Positions 28,634-42,115 of a stretch of DNA of 64,000 nt are shown piece by piece (position 1 is the stretch's first letter; each line of letters begins with the position of its first letter). The DNA is from Octopus bimaculoides (lineage: Eukaryota): positions 819,801-883,800 of the forward strand of contig NC_069003.1 in the NCBI RefSeq assembly GCF_001194135.2, read 5' to 3'. A program made the position numbers and the translations under genes. The notes below the pieces were generated by a model. It was not told where the DNA came from and made no database searches. It worked only from the letters and a program-made list of their open reading frames with translations.

Positions 28634-29488
28634 NNNNNNNNNNNNNNNNNNNNNNNNNNNNNNNNNNNNNNNNNNNNNNNNNNNNNNNNNNNNNNNNNNN
28701 NNNNNNNNNNNNNNNNNNNNNNNNNNNNNNNNNNNNNNNNNNNNNNNNNNNNNNNNNNNNNNNNNNNNNNNNNNNNNNNNNNNNNNNNNNNNNNNNNNNN
28801 NNNNNNNNNNNNNNNNNNNNNNNNNNNNNNNNNNNNNNNNNNNNNNNNNNNNNNNNNNNNNNNNNNNNNNNNNNNNNNNNNNNNNNNNNNNNNNNNNNNN
28901 NNNNNNNNNNNNNNNNNNNNNNNNNNNNNNNNNNNNNNNNNNNNNNNNNNNNNNNNNNNNNNNNNNNNNNNNNNNNNNNNNNNNNNNNNNNNNNNNNNNN
29001 NNNNNNNNNNNNNNNNNNNNNNNNNNNNNNNNNNNNNNNNNNNNNNNNNNNNNNNNNNNNNNNNNNNNNNNNNNNNNNNNNNNNNNNNNNNNNNNNNNNN
29101 NNNNNNNNNNNNNNNNNNNNNNNNNNNNNNNNNNNNNNNNNNNNNNNNNNNNNNNNNNNNNNNNNNNNNNNNNNNNNNNNNNNNNNNNNNNNNNNNNNNN
29201 NNNNNNNNNNNNNNNNNNNNNNNNNNNNNNNNNNNNNNNNNNNNNNNNNNNNNNNNNNNNNNNNNNNNNNNNNNNNNNNNNNNNNNNNNNNNNNNNNNNN
29301 NNNNNNNNNNNNNNNNNNNNNNNNNNNNNNNNNNNNNNNNNNNNNNNNNNNNNNNNNNNNNNNNNNNNNNNNNNNNNNNNNNNNNNNNATATATATATTT
29401 ATACATACATATACGTGGAAAGAGAGGGACTAAGAAACATGCGCTCTGACGCAGCGAGAGTTTGACAGAGGGAGAAAGATAGAGATTG

Positions 29489-29552
<64 letters not shown>

Positions 29553-29834
29553 GATAGAGAGAGAGAGAGAAATAACGAAGCAGAGAAGGAAAGAGCAGGA
29601 ATGGAAATGCCATAGACATTTGTTCATGAAGCAAAGCTATTTGTTCCATGAAATTTTATTGGTTTCAATGTGATTCAGTACTTTTTAAATAGAATATGTG
29701 CGAAAGATTTTTTACACTGTTTCATCTTCTACATCTCCATTATTAAAATTTGTTTTTTCTGCTTTATAGTTTTTCATGTATACACCATCTTTTATTTACC
29801 ATGGCTGTCTGCCTGTACGTTTGTCTGCCTATGC

Positions 29835-29905
<71 letters not shown>

Positions 29906-30185
29906 CCTCTATCACTCTCTCGCTATGCATACATATATATGAATATTCACTTATGTTTATATTATGGAAGAACTTTTATTCACGTACGTATATATGTGTG
30001 TGTGTGTGTGTGCGCGCGCGCGCGTATGTATGTATACACACACACTCACACGCACACACATATATATAAATTAAATGTAAGGATACAATCTATATAAGAA
30101 TTTGTCAAGTAGCCAGCTTGAAAAGCGAGTTAAGGGAAGAATTTATACAAAATATATAATCATTCGCTTTAAATATAAATACATT

Positions 30186-30463
30186 CATTATATTAAGGGC
30201 CATTACTACACGTGAATGCCTCACGCCCTGAGAGACTCTTAAAGTCAAAACTATACACGTTACCGAAAGCGGGGGGATGTAACTTGGAAATTGCCTCTTA
30301 AAAACAGATTTAGGCGCAAATCGCTAAATCGGTTTTTAAGATGAGACTTCCCAGTTACATTCGCCCGCTTTCCGTACCGTGAATATTTATTAAAGTAGTT
30401 TTGACTGTAAGAGTCCTTTACCACGTGAGGCATTTACGTGTAGTAATAACCCTTAATATAATG
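30186..30463. mobile_element. Foldback MITE: whole-element palindrome of about 278 bp
   Basis: The left arm cattatattaagggccattactacacgtgaatgcctcacg...gatttaggcg (30186-30316) is the reverse complement of the right arm (30322-30463), apart from scattered mismatches and one ~11-bp indel. Loop is caaat. Confidence 0.88.
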
Positions 30464-31547
30464 TGTGTGTGAGTATATATATATATATATATATACATAC
30501 ACATAAAACAGAGTTTATGCGTGTCTGTGTGAGGTGCGTACGTTCCTTCTATCTACAGTACATGAAGCATTACGAACACCTCGCACGAAACGCACTCACT
30601 GATACACACGGGTGTGCATATCTTTTCTGTATTTGTCTGTGGTCAGAAATTCGATCTAGGACCGTCTATGAACACCATAAAGCCCTCAACCACTTAACTT
30701 CTGTGTTGTGGAATAATTCAATCCGAAATCAATCAAAATCTATACGGATACCATAGTTCCAAGACAAGAGACACAATCTCTCCCTTTCAGCTTTTCCCTT
30801 CATCAGCCGCTCTCTGCTGTTCCACTATTCAATCTCACCCTTTGTAGTCTTCCTTTATTTCTTTTACTAAGGTATTTCACAAGAATGACCATATTCGCTA
30901 GAGTTAGGGTGCTATGGTGTTGTCTTACATAACTCAGTCACTTCATTTTCCGCCTTTTAACAATTGACAGAAGTGTTTCGCGGTTCGCTGTCTTCAAACA
31001 ATTTCTTTCACAGAACATTCATTAGTTCCGTGTTCTTTATCTGGAATGCGAAGATCCTTTCAATAACATTCCACTTTAAAAGCCAAGATATTTTTCTCAC
31101 TTTAATAATCTAACTCCCTTCTTTCGCTCACACAGAGTGCAAATTAATATTTCACTTGCTCTTAACAAATTTATATAACCATTTGAATTTTCCAAAGATC
31201 TGACTTTATCAACGCCATTACAACTGCTCTGATGTGGCATTTTGCTTCTGTCTTTAATCTCATTTCTTTTGATTTTCCCCCACCAAATATTTGAATTCAT
31301 CAAATTTGTTTGAGCATTTTTTCGTTCTATTTCAATTGAATTGATTCTTTTTTTTTCTTAACTATTTTTCTTTCACCATTTTCAGTATTTATTTCTATTC
31401 CTTATATCCGGGCAGTTATTTTAGATCTCCAACTCTTTCTCATTATATTCTTTGAACTCACCATTACAGGTGAAACAGTGGCATTACATATTTCGTTTAA
31501 TCAATATCTATAAATTCCTGACTTTTGTCATAATATATTCTAGACAT

Positions 31548-31758
31548 AAGGCAGCGAACTGGCAGAAACATCAGCACGTGAAATGCTAGGCGCTATTTCG
31601 TCTGTACTTACGTTCCGAGTTCAAATTCGCTGAGGTTGACTTTGCATTTCATCCTTTCGGGATCGATAAATTAAGTACCAGTTGCTTACTGGGGTCGATC
31701 TAATCGAATGGCCCTTCCACCAAAATTCCGAGCCTTGTGCCCTGAGTAGAAAAGAATA
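31548..31758 (+). mobile_element. SINE family A
   Basis: aaggcagcgaactggcagaaac...gagttcaaattc...catcctttcgggatcgataaattaagtaccag...ccttgtgccctgagtagaaaag. Confidence 0.9.
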
Positions 31759-32052
31759 TATTCTTTACACAATGGAACACGACTGGTGAGAGACAAATTT
31801 CTTTGTTGCTTTAGAGTCATCGGGTGAATTTCTTAGAAAAACCTCGACATTCTGTAGGATTATAAAATGATTTTATACCATTTACTATTGATAGTTTTTA
31901 TTCATAATAAACAACATTACTTCATAATGCAGACGAATAAAGGGTTTTTTTTCAAGTCGCTAAAGTTGTATTCTTTATTTTAATGGTACTGTACAGTTTC
32001 AGGAAGATTTGGTTTCCCTATCATGCAGTTTCAGTGACACTCGATAGATAAT

Positions 32053-32340
32053 TCATCTGCATGTTTGAAGCATGACAACTATTTTGGCTGCTGTTTTCCC
32101 CATCAGAAAACAGCATTTCATGGAAGCACGCTGTTCATTCGTTACTGCAAAAATCGTCAAACAAGGGAGAAGCCCTGCAAAACAAAGACGTACAATCTGG
32201 CAGTACCACTACGCTCACTGCCGCTGGTAGGGAGACTGATGCCTGAAGGTTGCATCAAGTGGTTTCTTGCGGCGGAAGCCTGAAGTACAACGGGCTTGTC
32301 TCACAGAACGTTTCTGATGACTTTTGGGAACCTCCTCGTA
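32053..32340 (-). mobile_element. Mariner (Tc1/mariner) transposon 5' remnant: TIR start plus transposase N-terminus
   Basis: Minus strand begins TA|CGAGGAGGTTCCCAAAAGT at a (TA)n tract, like mariner TIR starts (TACGAGG...). It then reads EQRASMKCCFLMGKTAAKIVVMLQ (32136-32062), matching mariner EQRxxIKFCFxLGKTAxETxxMLQ, followed by a stop. Confidence 0.75.
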
Positions 32341-32400
32341 TATATATATATATATATATACATATGCATANNNNNNNNNNTCTATCTATCTATCTATCTA

Positions 32401-32443
<43 letters not shown>

Positions 32444-32543
32444 TTATGTTTGTGTGTATGTTTGTGTGTGAGTATACATATATGCACAAATATATATGTC
32501 AGCGTGTGTGCGTGCCTGTGTGTGTATGTGTGTGTGTGTGTGT

Positions 32544-32579
<36 letters not shown>

Positions 32580-33186
32580 AAACGCACAGTCAGACATCCT
32601 TTGAGGCAGGCATATATGTATATGCATTCGTTCATTTGAAAGTCGAGTGCTACAAATTTCAAACCACGATGGAGCGTAATGGCTGCTGTTCCTCTGTGTA
32701 CAGAGAGACAATAAACGAAATTTTAGCTGTTGTGAGATCGAAGTATTCAAAATATTTGCAAGCCATAACTTGCTGAATCGAATGAATGAATGTATATTTT
32801 CATGTGTGCATACAAATTGCAAGACGTTTAAGATTTAAAAGTATAATTCTTAAATCATCGACTATTTAAAACAATTAGAAAAGAAAAAATAATAATGATA
32901 ATTAAAAAGAAATATGAAAATTTCGTGTTCCGAGATTTCCAATTATACAAATATAACAATACTCTAATCATCCATCATAATTATTCGCCATTCAACTCAA
33001 ATTATTTTTCTAATAATTGTTATTGTTTTGTTTTTGTTATTGCCTAGAAACGGATTGACCAAAACAAAGACTACGTTCATTGAAAAACTTATTTGGATAA
33101 ATCAAAAACCTTTGTTAAATATATGATTGTGTATGTATATGTGTGTATATATATACATATATATATGTCTCATAGAGGGGAAAAAT

Positions 33187-33356
33187 AAGGACACACAAAA
33201 GGATTAAGTCGATTACATCGACCCAGTGCATAACTGGTAAATTATTTAATGAAAAGCCAAGTCAACCTCGGCGGAATTTGAACTCAGAACGTAACAGCAG
33301 ACAAAATACCGCTGGGCATTTCGCCCGGCGTGCTAAGGTTTCTGCCATCTCGCCTA
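33187..33356 (-). mobile_element. SINE family A, internally deleted copy
   Basis: gtcgattacatcgacccagtgc...cctcggcggaatttgaactcagaacg...catttcgcccggcgtgctaaggtttctgcc. Confidence 0.82.
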
Positions 33357-33505
33357 CTCAATTTAACCACAAGATATTGGTGAGTGTGGTTCATAGAATA
33401 AATATATTTGTCAAAGTTGCTGTGCTGCGTAATTGAACCCGAAACAACCCGAAGCGAACATCGTTTATTTTCTTCTACTTTTCTTTTTCCTTTCGAACTC
33501 CTTAC

Positions 33506-34013
33506 ATTCTTCTTCTTCTTCTTCTTCTTCTTCTTCTTCTTCTTCTTCTTCTTCTTCTTCTTCTTCTTCTTCTTCTTCTTCTTCTTCTTCTTCTTCTTCT
33601 TCTTCTTCTNNNNNNNNNNNNNNNNNNNNNNNNNNNNNNNNNNNNNNNNNNNNNNNNNNNNNNNNNNNNNNNNNNNNNNNNNNNNNNNNNNNNNNNNNNN
33701 NNNNNNNNNNNNNNNNNNNNNNNNNNNNNNNNNNNNNNNNNNNNNNNNNNNNNNNNNNNNNNNNNNNNNNNNNNNNNNNNNNNNNNNNNNNNNNNNNNNN
33801 NNNNNNNNNNNNNNNNNNNNNNNNNNNNNNNNNNNNNNNNNNNNNNNNNNNNNNNNNNNNNNNNNNNNNNNNNNNNNNNNNNNNNNNNNNNNNNNNNNNN
33901 NNNNNNNNNNNNNNNNNNNNNNNNNNNNNNNNNNNNNNNNNNNNNNNNNNNNNNNNNNNNNNNNNNNNNNNNNNNNNNNNNNNNNNNNNNNNNNNNNNNN
34001 NNNNNNNNNNNNN

Positions 34014-34056
<43 letters not shown>
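33506..34056. repeat. (TTC)n - gap - (GA)n
   Basis: Perfect TTC and GA runs flank a ~400-N gap. Source of the poly-K/F/E pseudo-ORFs. Confidence 0.95.
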
Positions 34057-34060
<4 letters not shown>

Positions 34061-34737
34061 GAGAAAGAGAGAGAAGGAGAAAAGTTTCAAGCAAAAGGAA
34101 GATAGAAAGTTATAGAGAGTGAGAGATTGTTGGAGAGAGAGAGATTGTTGGAGAGAGAACCGGACAGATTGATAGAGTGAAGCAAAGAAATAAAGTGATA
34201 GGCAGAGAGAGAGAGAGACGTAAGAAAAGAGAGATATAGATGTAAATATAATGATTAGACAGCCAGCCTGCTAACTAAACAACTGGCCAGTCAGTACGAG
34301 AGGATTGAATGTTTTTCATCTAAATATCTGAATATATTTGCCATTTTTTATATCAACAATTTTTATCTTTTATATTTCTATATATTTTTTTTACTTACCT
34401 ATTTATTTTATTATTTATATATTTAATTGCTGTTTACGATTTGGTTTCATTTGCGCTTTCATTTCTATAGTTGACAACAAACACTGTCTTCTGTCTATCG
34501 GTGCAAATAAAAGATATATGAGGAAGAAGACAAGAAAAATCTAAAAATTATAATAATAATAATAATAAAAAAAAAGACACAAGAACAAAAGGAATTTTTT
34601 TATTGAACGACACTCTACTGTCGTGCGTAAATAGAAAGAGAGCACGCTGAAGAATTTACAGACTATGGAATTATAGAATATGGCCGAAGTACTAAGTAAG
34701 ACAACGACCTGTGTTGTTCTGACAAAAAGCAAAGCCG

Positions 34738-34836
34738 GTAGTAGTAGCAGTAGTAGTAGTAGTAGTAGTAATAGCAGCAACAGCAATAATAATAATAATG
34801 ATAATAATAATGATAATAATAATAATAATAATAATG

Positions 34837-34876
<40 letters not shown>

Positions 34877-34898
34877 GAAGAAGAAGAAGAAGCATAAA

Positions 34899-34970
<72 letters not shown>

Positions 34971-35275
34971 AAGAAGAATAATAAAAAGAATGATAATAAT
35001 AATAANNNNNNNNNNNNNNNNNNNNNNNNNNNNNNNNNNNNNNNNNNNNNNNNNNNNNNNNNNNNNNNNNNNNNNNNNNNNNNNNNNNNNNNNNNNNNNN
35101 NNNNNNNNNNNNNNNNNNNNNNNNNNNNNNNNNNNNNNNNNNNNNNNNNNNNNNNNNNNNNNNNNNNNNNNNNNNNNAAGAAGAAGAAGAAGAAGAAGAA
35201 GCCGAAGAAGAAGAAGGAGGGGAAGGAAGAGGAGGAAGGAGAAGGAGGAGGAGGGGAGAAGAAGAAAGAGAAGAA
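34738..35275. repeat. Compound (TAG)n/(TAA)n/(AAG)n trinucleotide array with an internal gap
   Basis: Direct tandem arrays. Confidence 0.93.
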
Positions 35276-35289
35276 TATAATGGAATCAC

Positions 35290-35740
35290 TCGTCATGAAA
35301 ATCGACAATGTTTCATTGAACAAAACAAACAGTTCGATTTCACTGAAGACGAGTTTATCAAGAAAAAGGTAAAAAAAAAAAAAAAAAAAATACAAGAGAA
35401 AAATCAATAGAGAACCAAGAGTAAGAGAAGCAGAATAATTCTGCCGGGGATTATTATGGACAGCATTGGAATCAACACGGACAAGATTATTCAAAACAAG
35501 AAACGCTGCCGCACTTGAACAATGGCGATAGACCATATCACCAGAAAAATTAGCCGAAACGTTACAAAGAAACAAAAGGAAGCAAAACGATCAACTGGGA
35601 GAGACCAAGAAACTATAAAATTCCAAAATCATGCTTAAAATATCTAAAACTAACGCATAACTTGCCAAAATTTTTAATAACAATTTAATGGAGCTGGGAA
35701 GTCCACCTGATTACAAAGCTGAGCTGAACGCCATTTTAAT
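35290..35740 (+). mobile_element. Decayed R4/Dong-clade (RLE-type) LINE, pre-RT and RT N-terminal region
   Basis: EQNKQF...EQW..ISPEKLAETL...NWERPRNYKIPKSCLKYLKLTH..LAKIFN is collinear with R4 QNRLF...EQW.ITxEEV...NWKAPGxDKIxNFWLKxLxxxH..LAxxFN. Confidence 0.55.
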
Positions 35741-36160
35741 CCCCGAGATGCGTCAAGCGTTTAACGCTGCAGATATATAACTAGCTTATATGTTATTTTA
35801 GCTGTAATTATATATTGAAGACAATAAATGGTGTGGAGGAGCCGAAGGGTTGCTGCAAAAGGCTCGTATAAATGTATTGGGAAATTACTCTTCGAAAAAG
35901 AAGCAATTACTGAAGTTAAAGAGAGGAAATTAATTAATTATCCAACTATCATGTCAGATAAATAAACAGAGATAAGAGAATTATAACTGAGTTTTACAAA
36001 TCTTTAGATATCAATGAATTGCAGCGATTGCAGCAGACATATATAAACGGAAGACAAGTTTAGGGATGAGTTTTATAGATGTATTCAATTAAAACAGAGC
36101 GAAATACACAAATTACGCTAATAGGAATTAGTGCTTTCAATGTTATAGTATTTGCCTTTA

Positions 36161-36365
36161 TCTTTTACTTGTTTCAGTTATTAGACTGTGGCCATGCTAG
36201 AGCACCGCATTCAAGAATTTGAGTTGAACGAATCGACCCTACTGTATATTTTCTTTTACGCCTGGTATTTATTGTATAGATCTCTTTTGCCGAACCACTA
36301 AGTTCCAGAGACGTTAAAAACACCAACGTCGGTTTTCAAGGAGTGGTGAGGTACAAATATTGGCA
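36161..36365 (-). mobile_element. SINE family B, 3' half
   Basis: tcttttacttgtttcagttattagactgtggccatgctagagcaccgc...ttttgccgaaccactaagtt. Confidence 0.78.
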
Positions 36366-36417
36366 AAAAGTAAATACACACTCATATTGTACACACACAC
36401 ACACATACATATACATA

Positions 36418-36469
<52 letters not shown>

Positions 36470-36495
36470 NNNNNNNNNNTATATATACATATATA

Positions 36496-36534
<39 letters not shown>

Positions 36535-37039
36535 GTGTATACACACATTAATGTCTGTGTTTCATGTTCGTTATAATAAAAACAATTCTAATTTAATCTG
36601 AAAGGAAATTCCATACTTTTGTGGAGTCGAGATTTATTATTCTTTAACATGAATAGTATTAACAGTGACTTCGAAGTTTCGGCCAATTAAGGCATCATCG
36701 TTTTGATGTGTAGAATCTAAAAAAAACCCGCCATATATTTTATGTCTCAAATAGATGCAAACACACAAGTCGTGTCACATGAATATAACGCAAGGTCTCA
36801 AATAAGAACATCCAAAATATATACACACACAAGTAAACGCAAACACATAGACACTCGAGTAAAAAGCTTTATTGATAATAAATCTGTTTTCAATACAAGA
36901 TCGTTTCATCTTTTCTATTCAGTTTTTATCCAGAAGTTCTGCATGAGATTCTATTTTTATTACGTGTAGTTTTGTTTGGAATGTTTATACATAACAAGAA
37001 AATGAAAACCATAAAAAGCTCTGATGGGCATTGGGTTAA

Positions 37040-37400
37040 ATAAAACACTGGAATGCGACAAAAATCACATCTGAAGATGGAAAGTGCGTTGGACACAGGA
37101 ACATATTTTAAGGCCACAATTAATGAACGCATCAGATTATTTTGCTACAAAAAAAATCCTATTTTCAATGAACATCTGACAAAATATAAAAGACGTGATG
37201 CATTCATATAAATATGAAGGGATAAAAGCTACGTTTTCTTTATTAAATCGTGTGATCTGGAAATTTGGATGATTATAAAGGTGCAAGAAGACGCTGCTTG
37301 ATATGAGGTGCATTATGTTTTGAGAATATAAGAAAGAAAGAAACCTTTGGGAAAGTGGAAGTGAATGAAAAATGAATAAGAGATTAAAGAAGAAATATTC
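37040..37400 (+). mobile_element. Decayed RTE LINE RT C-terminal fragment
   Basis: ITSEDGKC...ERI...LEIWMIIKVQE...DMRC...LRI matches RTE IxxDGKCxxEIxxRI...YGxETW.xxK.E...EMRCxR.IL.I. Confidence 0.47.
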
Positions 37401-38418
37401 GTTTTCGTCCAAATCTACTTTTTGAGATGTAAATTCAGATAAGTCTTAAAAGAACTGGAAGTTAAGTGAAAAGAAAATACTGCTAACACCACATGTCTCC
37501 TTAACGTGTGACCTCTGAAGTATTTCTTTGAAAAAGAGAATATATTTAGTTGCTTCTTATGTAGCAGGCTGGGGAGAAAATCGTGAAAATATGAGTCATT
37601 CAAAAAATACTGCTATGAGAATCGCAGAAAAAGAATGGAAAAGCAAAAGATATTAAGAGTTGATACGATAGTCGACTATTCTTAGTCATAGTTTGAGATT
37701 CAAAGCTCGTACATGATTTAAAAGAAAAAAACCAAAGGAAAGATTGGCTGTGATCGTCAGAGGTTTGCTCAGTGCAGGAGATAGTGAAAATGTAGGTCAC
37801 CATTGAAAATGCAAATGGCTCTACGAACAAAGGTTGCTGATATAAACATATAAGAATAGCATTAAAGAAAGTACTGTCTGTTTCGTTTCCAACACCACGA
37901 GTTCAAATTTAAGTGCATAAGGCAGCTAAATATACAGGAAGGGGTTTTGTCTCGTCTATAAGCATCACCTCTAGGAAAGGATTTGAGGGCAGTTTCTTTT
38001 GTTTTTTTCGTTTAACTGTTTGAAAGAACAACAATGAAAAACCATTCAATATTTTTGGGGAATATATATACAGGAATTTTTCTTTGTTTAAAATTCCTGT
38101 ATATTCTAAAATACATAAGAAGGAATTGTTATTTCTAAATCAATTTGAATTTGCATTCGGTACAACAAAATGCAAGAATCAAAATCGGTTATAAATGAAA
38201 GAAGTTATAGCTACAAGAACTTGAAAATAATGATGAAATTTGACTTTCACGGGGTTCCAAGCTTACAATTCCTCTTTCTCGAGGACCTAAATGTTTATGT
38301 GCTCATGAGTACATATGTGTACGTGGATATGTGTGTGTGCGGCTGTGTTATTTTGTGTGTGTAGTATTTTGTTCATATATACATACATAATACACACATA
38401 TATAATATAGATATATAT

Positions 38419-38451
<33 letters not shown>

Positions 38452-38743
38452 CAAACATGCATACATACACACGTATATAAATGGATAGATACGTATATAA
38501 ACACAGCGAGAGAAGGAATATATGCATATATGCAAATACACACACATGATATTGTATAGTTTTATGACGATAGACAACTCCCATTTTTGCATGATCACCA
38601 AATACACATCGAAATGGTCTTGAGAGCGTAAGGCACAGGATGTCTGCACGAGTCTTTAAACATAGCCACACACATGACATTCATACAAGCACACAAGCAT
38701 ACACACTTACCCATCTATATACATACATCTATCTATCTATCTA

Positions 38744-38823
<80 letters not shown>

Positions 38824-39257
38824 CACATACATATATATATATATATCTATACATACATACATATATATATACATACATATATGTATATACATATCTAGCT
38901 ACGTAAATATGTTGCGTGCGTGTGTGTTCGCGCGCACACACACGCACAGATGTTTATTCGCTGCTCCCACACTGGTTCACATATATTCACACTTCACACA
39001 CACGCCTACCGCTATACGTAGATCGATTGCTTGTTTACACATGCGCACACGCAAATAAATCCGAGAATCGCACACCTACCAACTGCCCCTCCCCTCATAA
39101 AATAGCGATAACCACGTCACCCGTTTCCAATGGTTCACATACTGTCTTATCTCACTTGGAAGGATTAAAACATTCTCGCACTAATCCCTGCTCCAAGAGA
39201 CACTATCACCAGTATCGAAAACATCATCAGCCAAATGACCACTATCACCCCCCTCCC

Positions 39258-39278
39258 ATGACCACCACCACCACCACC

Positions 39279-39354
<76 letters not shown>

Positions 39355-39380
39355 GGACGACGACGACAGCGACAATAACA
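39258..39380. repeat. (ACC)n/(AAC)n/(GAC)n compound microsatellite
   Basis: Direct tandem arrays before a gap. Confidence 0.93.
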
Positions 39381-40300
39381 ACGCAACCACAATGCACCTC
39401 ACAACTAAAATGAATACNNNNNNNNNNNNNNNNNNNNNNNNNNNNNNNNNNNNNNNNNNNNNNNNNNNNNNNNNNNNNNNNNNNNNNNNNNNNNNNNNNN
39501 NNNNNNNNNNNNNNNNNNNNNNNNNNNNNNNNNNNNNNNNNNNNNNNNNNNNNNNNNNNNNNNNNNNNNNNNNNNNNNNNNNNNNNNNNNNNNNNNNNNN
39601 NNNNNNNNNNNNNNNNNNNNNNNNNNNNNNNNNNNNNNNNNNNNNNNNNNNNNNNNNNNNNNNNNNNNNNNNNNNNNNNNNNNNNNNNNNNNNNNNNNNN
39701 NNNNNNNNNNNNNNNNNNNNNNNNNNNNNNNNNNNNNNNNNNNNNNNNNNNNNNNNNNNNNNNNNNNNNNNNNNNNNNNNNNNNNNNNNNNNNNNNNNNN
39801 NNNNNNNNNNNNNNNNNNNNNNNNNNNNNNNNNNNNNNNNNNNNNNNNNNNNNNNNNNNNNNNNNNNNNNNNNNNNNNNNNNNNNNNNNNNNNNNNNNNN
39901 NNNNNNNNNNNNNNNNCGATAGCAACAGAAATACGAATCACTACAGCAGAGGGGGACAAACATTTATGGGGGGGAAAAAACGTGTGTTAGACAAACAAAA
40001 TACGAATGGAGAAAGCCTGATCACAGATTAATGGAAGAATATATAAAACCACAACTGCAACAACAACAACAACAACACCAGTATTTTAAATAAATAAATA
40101 TTACTGTTTCTTATTCTCTCTCTGTCTCTCTCTGTCTCTCTCAGTTTTTCTCCGGTTCTGTGTGTGTTGTGTGTTGTGTTGTGTGTAAACGAATAGTAAA
40201 ACCGACAACTACGAATAAAGTTTTGAGAAATTGTATAAAAGCGGGAGAGCATTTGTATGGAGGGGTCGGAGTGAGTGAGATAAAGAAGGATAGAGTAATA

Positions 40301-40339
<39 letters not shown>

Positions 40340-40340
40340 G

Positions 40341-40371
<31 letters not shown>

Positions 40372-40503
40372 GGAGAGAGACAGAGAGAGAGAGAGAGAGA
40401 CAAAGAGAAAGGGAGAGAAATGGATGGAGAGATACTATTTAACCTTGTATTCATTTGCATGCGCACACAATATAGGCACGCGTATATATGCATATACATG
40501 TGC

Positions 40504-40541
<38 letters not shown>

Positions 40542-40582
40542 NNNNNNNNNNNNNNNNNNNNNNNNNNNNNNNNNNNNNNNNN

Positions 40583-40639
<57 letters not shown>

Positions 40640-41974
40640 TTGTGTGTGTGTATATATATATATGTATATATGTGTATATATACACTTACGTGATTATATT
40701 TGTACGTGATATTTTTACCACACACACACACACACATATATATATATGCATATAAATACATAAATACATACACACACACACGCACACACACATATATATA
40801 GTCACATTTATACGTGCGCATGTGTATCTGTATGCGTGTGTTTGTGTGTGGTATTAGCATTATCATACAAAATCTTGGGGATTCCATGTAAATTGTGGTT
40901 TTTGACATTTCCGTGTAAACTTGATAACAGAAATTGAAGACAGTGCAGAGCAGAGTTTGTGAGAATTCACTGTTCTTAGATTTCTTGTTGTTTCCCGGTG
41001 AAACAGGCAAAAAAAAAAAATAATAAATAAACAACTACCACCACCACCACCACCACCACCACCACCAACGCCGCCGCCACCGACAGCAGCATCNNNNNNN
41101 NNNNNNNNNNNNNNNNNNNNNNNNNNNNNNNNNNNNNNNNNNNNNNNNNNNNNNNNNNNNNNNNNNNNNNNNNNNNNNNNNNNNNNNNNNNNNNNNNNNN
41201 NNNNNNNNNNNNNNNNNNNNNNNNNNNNNNNNNNNNNNNNNNNNNNNNNNNNNNNNNNNNNNNNNNNNNNNNNNNNNNNNNNNNNNNNNNNNNNNNNNNN
41301 NNNNNNNNNNNNNNNNNNNNNNNNNNNNNNNNNNNNNNNNNNNNNNNNNNNNNNNNNNNNNNNNNNNNNNNNNNNNNNNNNNNNNNNNNNNNNNNNNNNN
41401 NNNNNNNNNNNNNNNNNNNNNNNNNNNNNNNNNNNNNNNNNNNNNNNNNNNNNNNNNNNNNNNNNNNNNNNNNNNNNNNNNNNNNNNNNNNNNNNNNNNN
41501 NNNNNNNNNNNNNNNNNNNNNNNNNNNNNNNNNNNNNNNNNNNNNNNNNNNNNNNNNNNNNNNNNNNNNNNNNNNNNNNNNNNNNNNNNNNNNNNNNNNN
41601 NNNNNNNNNNNNNNNNNNNNNNNNNNNNNNNNNNNNNNNNNNNNNNNNNNNNNNNNNNNNNNNNNNNNNNNNNNNNNNNNNNNNNNNNNNNNNNNNNNNN
41701 NNNNNNNNNNNNNNNNNNNNNNNNNNNNNNNNNNNNNNNNNNNNNNNNNNNNNNNNNNNNNNNNNNNNNNNNNNNNNNNNNNNNNNNNNNNNNNNNNNNN
41801 NNNNNNNNNNNNNNNNNNNNNNNNNNNNNNNNNNNNNNNNNNNNNNNNNNNNNNNNNNNNNNNNNNNNNNNNNNNNNNNNNNNNNNNNNNNNNNNNNNNN
41901 NNNNNNNNATATATTTATATGTGTGTGTGAATGTGTGCGTGCGCATGTGTGTGTGAATGTGTGCGTGCATGTGT

Positions 41975-42115
41975 GTTTGTGTCTCTGTGTTTGACCCCTA
42001 TCATCGTTGGTGTGTTTATGTCCCCGTAACCTAGCGGTTTGGCAAAAGAGAACAATAGAGTAAGTCCTAAGCTTACAAAGAATAAGTCCTGGGGGTCAAT
42101 CTATTCAAAACAAAT
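41975..42115 (+). mobile_element. SINE family B, partial 3' half
   Basis: ggtgtgtttatgtccccgtaacctagcggtttggcaaaagag...cttacaaagaataagtcctggggg. Confidence 0.75.

Noticed and set aside
32107-32226. Plus-strand exon-like segment with RRTIWQYHY (PTP-like)
   Set aside because: There is no WPD motif, and the segment is the antisense of the mariner remnant.
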